Below, piece by piece: positions 12,501 to 21,912 of a stretch of DNA of 33,966 bases. Under the pieces are notes generated by a model, which saw nothing but the letters and a program-made list of their open reading frames with translations, was not told the DNA's origin and did not search any database. Location: contig WELA01002751.1 of NCBI GenBank assembly GCA_009602735.1, positions 258,349 through 292,314 on the forward strand. The letters are read 5' to 3'. This DNA comes from Mesotaenium endlicherianum. Lineage: Eukaryota. Positions within the stretch are counted from its first letter, which is position 1; each line of letters begins with the position of its first letter. The position numbers and the translations under genes were made by a program.

Positions 12501-15500
12501 GCTGGCAAAAGAATTGAGGATCGGCTTTGATTGAGAAAGCAACCGGACATGCGTCAAGCAACGATGTCAAGCAAACCAGACACAGCCCCCAAAAGACTGA
12601 CACCTCACCGCTGACAAGTCCCGTGGGTATTGCTGTGACGGTTTCTGAGCCGTATATGAACACAAGCGCAAAAGAAAAGCACGGCTGCACTTATCACAAC
12701 GCCACATGATATGCACGCTCTTAGGGCCTCCCTCTGCACCTTAGCCTGCTCCAAGTGCGTGACTTGATGGGGTCTGCAAGTGCAACAACGTAAGCGCGTG
12801 TGTGCTGCAGCGGATCAAGCGAGGAGATCTTAATTCCAATCTCAATCTCCGTGTCCCTTCCTCCCTCCCGCCCCTTCCTCCACCTCCCTCCAGCGGTTTC
12901 TTAACCAGCAAGCGAGCGAGCCTCGGACTGAAACCTGTTGGTGATGTACTTGTGGACGCCCCGCAGAAAGCGGCCGCCAAATACGTCGCGCGGGTACGTC
13001 GCCAGCCACGCCACCACTTGCTGCGCCCGCACCCAGCCCCGTGGGACACCGCACGTTCTCATACATGCACACGGAGCCCCAAGTCACAACCATCACGATG
13101 CATCTCTCTCCCTCTCACACACACAGACACGCACACACACATATAGACAGGCACAGAGAGATTGTCCAAAAAGGCTTCAAGGCGTATCGCTTTTGTTCTC
13201 CTGCAGGGGGCATGCTATCTGTCTCGCATGCAGCAGCCCAGCAATGCCATGCAAGCAAGCAGCCATGGAGGACAGTGAGCAAGTGCGGCAGCTCCCACGT
13301 TTTCGGCGGCCGCGGAGAGCCGCACAAAGATCATGAAGAGGCGCGTGGACATGGCGTCGCCCACCCTGCTCGCCTCCACCAGCAGAGTAGAGCAGAACAA
13401 AGCGCTCAGTCAGAAGGGTCGCACCAACACGTGCGATGAAGCTTGTCACGCCACCACACAGCTCCGCACAACTCTCTCACTAAGCTGTCAAGGGCCAGCT
13501 GCTGCGGCGGCAGGACATGAAAAGTGGCACACTCACACTGCACCCTGTCTGCAGAAAGCGAGCGTTAAGGAAACTTGTTCACACTAGTGCGGCAAAAACA
13601 AGCTCTACAGAGCCCCCCCCGTCAAAAACCGACGCTCACTCTAAATTATCGCACGTGATACACGCCCAAAAAACCGCTCTCCTGCCAAAGGCTGACGCCT
13701 ATATATGCGGGGGGTAGATGGCACACGCCCACGAGTGTGGGGGCCGGAGAAGGGTCCGCTCTCCACCGACGCTTCTACTGCCAACATGCTATCAGATGTG
13801 CTGCAAATACCCTGTCTGCGTGCAAGCTCTCAACAGCAGTCAAAAACATGTGAGAAGATATTTTAAACATCCGGAGAGAGAGCGGGAGGACGGACGGGCG
13901 GACAGGCGGACGCACCCCTGCTCGCCAATCAGAGGGCACTGCAGCAGCACCAGGAGAGCCTGCGGAGCATCGCCACCGTTCAGCCAGCTCAGCACAACCC
14001 ACACACACTCTGCACGATCAGCGCGTTCAGGTCACTGCCCAATCGAGCACCCCTTGGCAGGCAGCCAGTCAGGGCACGGGAACGGCAGCAGATGGCCTTC
14101 GGCAGGCGGGGCAGACGCGAGCACCTGAGTACATCAGCATCAAGTTTCGGCAATTTGCATGGCATATGCAGGCATGACGTGGCCCACTCCCGTCCAACTG
14201 AACCTGGTCCCTGCTTGAGGCCTGGCTCTTGATTTCCAGCGCCCGCAACTCCAGACTAACATCTGGCCCCTAAACTCGACAGCCTGCTGGGCCACTCTGC
14301 CGCCGGCAGAGCATGTGCTGACTCTACTCATGCCTGGGCTGGAGATCTTAAAGTCTCATACATGCAGCACATGCAGGGAAAAATGAGCGGGGGAAGCAGA
14401 CACAAGAGCGGAAACAAGATAGGAAGGGGAGGTGAAGGGGAGGAAGAGAAAGGAGAGGAGAAGGATGGAGAGAGGGGGCAGGGGACAGGAGAGAGGGAGG
14501 AGGGGCGAGGTGGAGGAGGAATAAGGCGAGCGAGCGTACGCGGATCCAGCGGGGGTCGGGCACGCGGCCGGAGTACTTCTCCATGCCCTCCAGCAGCCTG
14601 CCAGCTGTCGCCGCCAGCCTCTTCAGCACCTGTGTCGCCCCTAACCCCCCACGCAGCCAGTCAGGCAGCCACTCGTGCAGCTGCTTTGAACAAATCTTAG
14701 CATCACCACCAAACACGTGAGTGTCGGCCTTGCTGTGCTCAGGCAACGACAGCCAGGCTATATTAAGGCAACACATGTGCCTCCCAAAAAGTTGCCACGT
14801 GCCGCCTTCCAAAAGAAGAAAAGAGCTGGCCTTTCCGTGTGGCTGCGGCTTTGGCCCCATCAGCAGCCCCTCTACATATTTCCTTCACCTGAATTTCTGA
14901 CATAAGGGTCACCATTCACAGCCGTAAGTGAGAAAGTAGCCAGCTGGCATCGCCGTAAGAGCGAGTGCTCCAAGATGCGCTCTGATGACGCCCACCAAGC
15001 ACGTGATGACTCGTCCGGAACAGCAATAGTGACTACTTGTGCCAGCTAAGCGCATGCAAACCATCGCTTACATCAGCATTGTAGAGCTCCAGCAGCTCCT
15101 GGTAGAACGTCCGCAGCCGCCAGATGTCCAACCCCGGGCCCTCGCCTGCGTGACAAGTGGTGCAACCGTGCATGCCCACGTAAAAACCAGAGCCAAACGT
15201 CCTTGCTTGATATGCATGCCATCCAGCCACGGACGTTGCGCGCCTCCTGAAATAAGCTGGGAGCTCCAACCGCAGCCTGCCACGTGGCACAATGCTACGC
15301 AGACACCCAAGCTATTTTGGCACGCAGAACACGGAAGAGAGGGGCCTCAGGGGTGAAGGGCTGAACCACCGACCTTCTGTGGCTGTCCAGGTGTGCAGAT
15401 TGTGTGAGGGCGTGTGCGCGCTGGGCGCGCCCATGCCTGCCAGCTCAGCGTGCTCCTCGGGGTGCAGGCGGAACGCATGCACGAGAAACCCGGGAGACCG

Positions 15501-18500
15501 GAACACTTCTTCAATGACGTGCTCCAGCTGCGCCACCTGGCCCGACGCCTTGGCATCCTGTGGCGCCACTTGGACAAGGTACGGAGTGTGTTTGTTGGGC
15601 TCGTGGCAAAGACAACTCAAAAGAAACCCCTTTCCCGATTGCATCTGATGTGGGTTCTTCTCCGCATATTGCACATGAACATAGATACGTTCAACTTGAC
15701 GTAGGTGCGTAAGTGTATACGCATGAATGTGCACATACATATATACATACGCATGTCAATACATGCAACATTTGCACATGCGGACGGCAATGATGCCAGG
15801 TCAAAATGTGACGAGGATGTGGGTACATTTTCAGCCCAGGGGCGTGCCTGCCTGCGTGCCTGCATGCACGGACGGCGCATGGCGGCGTACCTGCAGGGCT
15901 GCTAGCACATCAGGCGGCGCAAGAGGAAGCCTCATGAGGCCCATGCGTGTGCCGCTCTCAACCTCATGCTCACGCGTGGCGACAGCGCCTGTCCCCATCG
16001 CTTCTTCTCCTGCTGCGCCTGGCAGGGCAGGAGCTTCCACGTCCATCTCCGTGCTGCCACCTGTCACATCCACCGGGCCGTTCTCTTCATGGGATGAAGA
16101 AGACGAGCTCGGCCCAACGGCATCATTTCTGCTCGCCAGGTGGCCTATCCCTGAGGCATCCAGGTGGCCAAGGGTGGTCCTGTCACTGCCCCATGCTGCC
16201 CCTCCCTCGGTGTTGCCTGCCCCTGGGTGTGTCCTGGCGCTGCCACCTGGCCCTATCTCGGCGGTGCCATTTGTACTGGCCCCGTCTCCTCCTCCCCCCA
16301 GCCCATGCTCATCTTGCCCCCTTGATTCAGAGTCCACCTCAGCACCGCCTGCCACATCAGCAATGCGTGCAGGAGCGGCAGCAGGATGCGCATGCATATG
16401 CGCCCCCGAAAAATCCTCTCCACCCGCCATTGCCTCATCCTCCGCCTCCGTTGCCGCCGCCGCCGTCGAATTTCCCCCCCCCATGAACGCGCTCAAATCT
16501 TCCCGGGAGGGGTGCGAGGCAAACATGGCCTCGGGCTGCAGGACGCTCTGCGGCTGCACTGCCGACTGAATCTCGGCCAGGACCTCCGGTTGCTGCTGCA
16601 GCGCAGGCCCCAGGCAGAGGAGCCCCTCCCCGTCGTCAGCCGCATCGCCGCCGGCGTCAGCGCCAGCGCCATCCGCGGCCCTCAGAGGGGGCCCCTGGCT
16701 CAGCAAGCTGGCACTCGCGTCTGCCCCCCCTTGCTGCCCCAGCAGGGGCGGGCGCAATAAGATATCCGTGCTCGGCAGCGGCAGCGGGGGCTGCTGCTGC
16801 TGCTGCTGCTGCTCCTGCTGAGGCTGGAGGAGAGTGCTCCCCCGGGCTCCTTCTCCTCCCCCTTGCCCCTGCCCTGCCCCGGCCTCCTGAGCCTGGGCCT
16901 CAGACCGCCCCGTGGGGGATACCTGGTGGGGGTGGGAGTCGGGGTGGGTGTAAGCGGAGGAGGGGTGGGGACCTGGAGGGTCTTCTGATGCAAGGGGTGG
17001 GGAGGCCGCAGCACGCATGAAAACTTCGGAGTGGAGGGAAGGGGAGGACGTCGGGGAGAAGGTGACAGCCTCGGAAGGAGGGGAGCCAATCGCGAGCAAG
17101 GGCCGCGGGGAGAGGGGAGGACTGACGGCGGGCGGCGTGGCCACTTCCATGGAGTCGCTGTCGGTGTCGTCGGGTCTCAACACGTGGACGGCCTCCTCTG
17201 CCATGCGGTCCTCCCCTGCAGCCTCCTCCCCCTCTTCCGGTCCCTGGTACCGCTCCTCTGCTGGCTCCGGCTCAGGGTGGGCTCCCCCAGCTGCTCCTGC
17301 TGCCGCAGCTGCTGGGCTGATTTGAAGCTCCTCCTGAATGGGCCTGTTCCTCCAGAGACGGCCAGGCGCACAATCTCACAGCAAGTCAGAGTGGCCTTGA
17401 GCGAACGCAGCGTGAGAAAAGCACGAGCCCCCCCCTCTCTCTCTCTCCTCCCCCTCCGCCTGGCCTTCCCATTGTAAGGGAAGCAAAAGAAACTTGATTC
17501 GCCAGGAGGAAACAGACATGGAAGAAGCAGAGACTGCACCCTCACCCTGAGCGCTATGTGCGAAATTTCTGCAACCTAGAAGTGACGTCGCGAGGGGGTA
17601 AGTCCCGAAACATCACCACACCTGAGGGGCTGCGGTGTTGCTGCAGTGGCGGGCGTGGGCAGGGCACTCGAGGAGCCCCCCAGCCTCCGGCGCTGATACA
17701 CTGCAAACGAGTGCTCGCCGCCAGCTGTCACAAACAGGAGCCGCTGTTCCAACGCTTCCCCCGGGAGGTCCTTCAAGGCACGTGGCGTCAGCTGAGAGGT
17801 CGGCCTGCAGGCAGGCAATGAAGGGCTCCAACCGCGCGAGAGGCATGTGTTCTCTCCAGTGAGCTCCCCATCTCTTGCACTACACCCTCTGATTTTTGAG
17901 CTCCCGGTCTTATATCAGTCCCGACTTGCATGCGGAGGGGTTGAGGGGCCCCCCGAGTATCCATGACCCGGGGGCGGAGTGGTGCAGACGCACAACTTGC
18001 GCCTGACTGGTGAGGGCTCCAAGGCCGCACTCAGCTCAAAAAGCATGCACGCGCATGTGCGCGCGCGCGCACACACACACACACACACATAGACACACGC
18101 GCAAAAGTGCAGGCAAGTGTGCCATTTGGGCTGGAGCAGCAGCTCACTCTAGCAGGCAGAGCCTCTGCTCTCCCTCTTGCTTTCCCCCGCTGCCAGGGCC
18201 AGCTGGCACCTCAGGAGATTCATGCCAAGAATGGTGATGGCGACTCACCCCTCGAATCTGCCTAGCTGGCAGCGCTCGCCCTCCCCCCAGCCAAACACTT
18301 GGCTGTCATCTGTGACAGCCAGCGAGTGCCGCGACCCCGCCGCGATCTGCACTGCCGCCCGGTGACTCAGCCCGCGGACGAGCGCGGGCGTGAGCGTGTC
18401 GCGCTCGTGGCCGTGCCCCGTCTGGCCCCAGCGGCCCTGCCCCCACTGCGCAAGCCCCCGAGCCCCCATCACGCCGCACCTCCCACGTTGCGGTCCACGA

Positions 18501-19325
18501 TGAGCTGCCGCCTCACCACTGGCCAGGAAAGGCTGAAAGCGCCAGCTGTCAGGTCAGTGCATGAATACATGCGGCGGGCGCATGCACTTGCATCCGCCTA
18601 CCCCAGAGCACAGACTGCGCTGCTCTCACCAGAAGACGAGATGCCTTGACACGCTGCAGCGTACAAGTGCTTGACCGAATGCCGCGGTGGCCTGTGTGCA
18701 GCCTGGCGCGTGCGCGCTTGCTCCACGAGACATCACGAGTGGAGATGAAAAGAGGGGGGCAATGGGGAGCGACGCTTCCCAGAGGCAAGCGCGGACTGGA
18801 CTGGATCGGACTGGCACAGCGGGCGGAGGGTTCCCATTGCACATTCGGAGAGACGCCCATCAAGCGCATGCGCGTAAAGAACCCTTACGGAGAAGACAGC
18901 GCCGTCCGAGGAGAGGGCCATGGTGTGGCTGGATCCACACGCGATCTGCACCACACGCTCCCTCGACAGCTGGTCTCGCACGCGCCGGGGGCTCGCCTCA
19001 TTGGCCGTGGTGCCCAGCCCCAGCTGGCCGTATTTGCCCCAGCCCCATGCGAACACCTGTGTTCCCCCCATCAGCAGCAGCCCCCCATTCAGCGCCAGCT
19101 TGACCACCACAACTGAAGCACGCAAAGGTTCATCAAGATTTCTGCTCTTGGCTGGCCCAAGGTTAGTACCCTTTTGCAGCACAGCCAGTATGCACTCTTC
19201 TTCCTTGTCCAGGGCGGATATTTTTAACCCTCTGGAGAGTGCACGCCTTCCCTCGCTGCTTCCACAGGTGTGCATGCGTGTGTGCGTGCATGTGTATGTG
19301 TGTGCGTCTTCGTGTGCGTGCGTGC

Positions 19326-19359
<34 letters not shown>

Positions 19360-21912
19360 ATGTGCATGCGGCCTTGGAAGGACAGGAGCGCATGTCCATG
19401 GGCCAGCTAAAGTTGTATATGCAGGCCACAGCCGCCACGTGATCGGTAAGGCTTGGCCGGGTATATTGCGCGGGTCCGATATTGACATGCTCTCAGTTTT
19501 TTGGTTGGAAAGACGGGAAGGCACAAGCGGGGGGGNAGAGAACACGGGCGGAATGCGTGTTCATGCCTTCAAGGGTATTTCTGATGGATGAGAAAGCAGC
19601 CTTGCAATCAGAGCATGAAAACTTCAAGGGGTCCGCTTCCTCCACGTTATCGAGGCCTCTGTGGGCGACGGCGAGCACCGCAAGACAAGCAGCGGGGGTG
19701 GAGATCTGACAGACGAGGAGCTTGAGAAGCTGGCCTTCAGTCGCGTAGTGTGAGGGCTAGCTCACTGGGAAGATATAGAAAAAGGTTTGTTCAGAGCTTT
19801 GCAAGCTAGAACCCTGCCCCCCTCCCCAGCTGCTGTGCTCCCTGTCACACGCAGACGTGAATAGACGTGATCCGTAAGCAGCCCTTAGAAGACGCTTCAT
19901 CACAAAGTGGCACACCAAGCGGAGAGGCGAGAAAGGTGCGGAGGGTGGGGTGGGGTGGGGGGGAGAGGGGGGGGGAAAAAGAGAGAGAGGCAGTACCCGG
20001 CCGTCCAAGCTGAGGGCGGCGCTGTGGTTCTNCTGGGAGACTTGGGCAGAGCGCCAGCTGGCCCCGCAGGCGGCGTGAGTACTGCACAAGAAGCCCAGGC
20101 CAGGCCTGGCCGCAGGGAAGGAGCCCGTGACCCGCTGCGCAGCCAGAGTTGTGCTTGCAGGAGACTCAGGGCTGCAACTTTACGGCTGGGATTCTCTTTC
20201 ATGGTTCAGGGGACCAGAATTCAGAACCAGCGGTCGGAGCTTAGAGCCTAGGTTGCAGGGTTGTGAAGGCTAGGGGTTTTATCTGGGGTCAGGGTCCGGG
20301 GTTTATGTAGTCCAGGTCTCAGAAATCGAGTTTGAGGGTTTGAGGTTCAGGGGTCGGGGTGTCAAGGCGTGTGCCGACCTGCACGATGGCGAAACCCCAG
20401 AGCGCAAACACGTGCTGCGGGACGAGGGCGTTGGCCAGGCTGCCGTGGCCCAGCGCCCCGAAGTTGCCTTGCCCGAACGAGTACACCTCCCCCGCACCTG
20501 CAGGAGAGTCGCCCCCGAGGAGGAGAGGTGGGAGAGGAGTCTGTGCCGAGGAGGAGACCGAGACAAGCAGGGGCACGGCTCTTGCAGGCACATGCGGAGA
20601 TGAGCGGACGTGAACCTGTCCATGCGTCTCTGAGAATGAGCGTCTCGACAGGCGCTTCAAGGAGCTCTTGTGAAAGAGACATTCCGGGTCGAGAGCAAGC
20701 AGCGCACCGTCACAGCCCATGCGCAAGCGAGGAGCCGCACAGGCTCGTGCTGTCAAGACGCGGCGGGGGGAGTGTGCGGGCGGCAACCTGTGAGGGCGAG
20801 CGTGTGGGTGGCGCCGCATGCCACCCGAGCAAAGCGCATCTCGCGCGAGCCCTTCACGATGCGGGGCTGCGCGACATCTGTCACCTCCGCGGCCTCCTTC
20901 TGCCCCAGCTGGCCGAGCTCGGACGCGCCCCACGAGGCCAGGGCTCCCGCATCTGCTCCATGGTCGCCAGCCACACGTGGGAAGGAGGGGGGGGGGCGTG
21001 AGAGTGTGTGCGTGCGCATGCAAGAACGTATCTCGGTGAGAGAGTGCTCTCTCGCCTTTCACATTCTGGCCTCAGGTCCAATTGGGCAGGCACGCTGCCA
21101 GGTGCCAATGCACGGGGATGCCCCTTCTGAATAAAAACTGTGACCAGATGGCTCTCACGTCCCCCCCCCCCGACAGATACGACGCGAAATTTTGAAAGTC
21201 TGACACCCGGCCGAGTCTAATGCGCACTCGCGCTCTCCGCTCCCTTCCCGCAGAAGGGAGCTGGGACAGAGCGTGGGGGACAGACACCTGTCTCCTTGTC
21301 TAGTTGTGTTGTGGCGTGTAGTCACATAGTTGCTAGGTGGTAATGCGCAGCCCAGGCCACGGATGTCTTATATTTCAACTATGTGTTGGAATGACAGGGT
21401 GAAGTCTGGCTTACAACCCATTAGATGACGTCTCTCACACGTCAATGTCAACAGGAGGTGAAGCCCAGCGGAGGCCGTCAGAGGAAATCTCTACTGGATG
21501 GGGCTCGTCGAGAGCGAGCGAGCGAGCGAGCGAGCGAGCATTGGGTGTGCCAACGGGGGGGTCAACGGGCGGCAGAGCACCTGTGACGGCCACGGAGTGG
21601 GCCTGTCCGCACGCCACATGGGTGATGGTCCGTGTGTCAAGGGCTGCCACTCTGACAGGTGTCGGCTGCGGCGTGTGGCTGCCCACGCCCAGTTGGCCCG
21701 AGTCGTTGTTGCCCGCCACGTAGACCTCGCCGTCACTCGTCAGAAACGCCGAGTGGTACTCGCCAGCTGCCACGCTCACCACATCCTTCCCCTCCAGGGC
21801 CTTGACAGGTGTCGGCTCATCCCTGTCCTCCTCCTCCTCCTCCCCCAGCCCCAGCTGGCCGAGGTCGCCCCGCCCCCAGGCATAGACTGCACCCTCGCAC
21901 ACGCTTCCCCGC
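3564..21912 (-). CDS. HERC-like E3 ubiquitin-protein ligase (RCC1-like beta-propeller + HECT domain), ~30 exons, ~1500 aa; 5' end unresolved
   Basis: GT-AG exons in transcript order, frames consistent except where noted: ~21912-21581, 20952-20788, 20497-20379, ~20035-19997 (broken by N at 20032), 19056-18889, 18445-18249, 17804-17622, 17343-15891, 15557-15374, 15145-15072, 14629-14540, 13959-13916, 13365-13299, 13020-12935, 12387-12333, 11973-11878, 11492-11421, 10971-10927, 9909-9814, 8946-8869, 8575-8482, 8014-7935, 7607-7513 (broken by N at 7560), 6972-6835, 6474-6386, 5986-5905, 5404-5321, 4938-4864, 4456-4329, 3684-3564 (TAA). Motifs: RCC1 repeats; HECT motifs [53 protein letters not shown], catalytic LPTAHTCFN, terminal GFGLQ*. 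Confidence 0.93.
6985..7048. other. Assembly gap (N run), intronic
   Basis: N run flanked by a C-run on the left and a G-run on the right. Confidence 0.99.
8031..8109 (+). repeat. Interrupted (CA)n microsatellite; reads (UG)n next to an acceptor in the HERC transcript
   Basis: Directly visible. Confidence 0.95.
8589..8669 (+). repeat. Compound (CA)n/(CG)n microsatellite
   Basis: Directly visible alternating purine-pyrimidine tract. Confidence 0.95.
9053..9138 (+). repeat. Interrupted (CA)n microsatellite
   Basis: Directly visible. Confidence 0.9.
10052..10571. other. Assembly gap (N run), intronic
   Basis: 520 N. The flanking exons [15 protein letters not shown] and [10 protein letters not shown] join in phase 0, so no exon is required inside the gap. 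Confidence 0.99.
15891..17343 (-). CDS. Large 1453-nt internal exon of the HERC-like gene encoding a low-complexity P/S/A/G/E/Q-rich region
   Basis: Contains most of the 457-aa ORF 15831..17204. The acceptor gaacag at 17344-17349 and donor gtacgc below 15891 keep frame with both neighbouring exons. Includes a poly-Q (CAG) run near 16791-16812. Confidence 0.85.
19268..19358 (+). repeat. Compound (TG)n/(GCGT)n microsatellite
   Basis: Directly visible. Confidence 0.93.
20240..20360 (+). repeat. Degenerate telomere-like (TTTAGGG-like) array in a HERC intron
   Basis: Units such as ttgcaggg, ctagggg, tctgggg, tcaggg, tccgggg, tttgaggg, tttgagg, ttcagggg, tcgggg. Confidence 0.55.

Larger units (their letters stand above)
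17622..21912 (-). other. RCC1-like domain (seven blades) of the HERC-like protein
   Basis: Seven repeats: [105 protein letters not shown]. They alternate with GxxH[ST] motifs: AGEYHS, CGQAHS, CGATHT, ENHS (cut by an N), CGSSHT, AGSRHS, AGGEHS. Confidence 0.92.

Noticed and set aside
11683..12534. Long antisense or intronic ORFs (283 aa here; also 15727-16569, 27029-27814, 31467-32282)
   Set aside because: Expected in GC-rich, microsatellite-rich DNA or as shadows of real exons. The translations are low-complexity and lack motifs.
19997..20040. Truncated RCC1 exon (…[12 protein letters not shown] lacking its start)
   Set aside because: The break is exactly at the N at 20032, indicating collapsed or missing sequence rather than biology.
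17622..21912. UVR8 UV-B photoreceptor (seven RCC1 blades; [10 protein letters not shown] resembles UVR8)
   Set aside because: No GWRHT motifs carrying the tryptophan triad, and the frame continues into a HECT domain.
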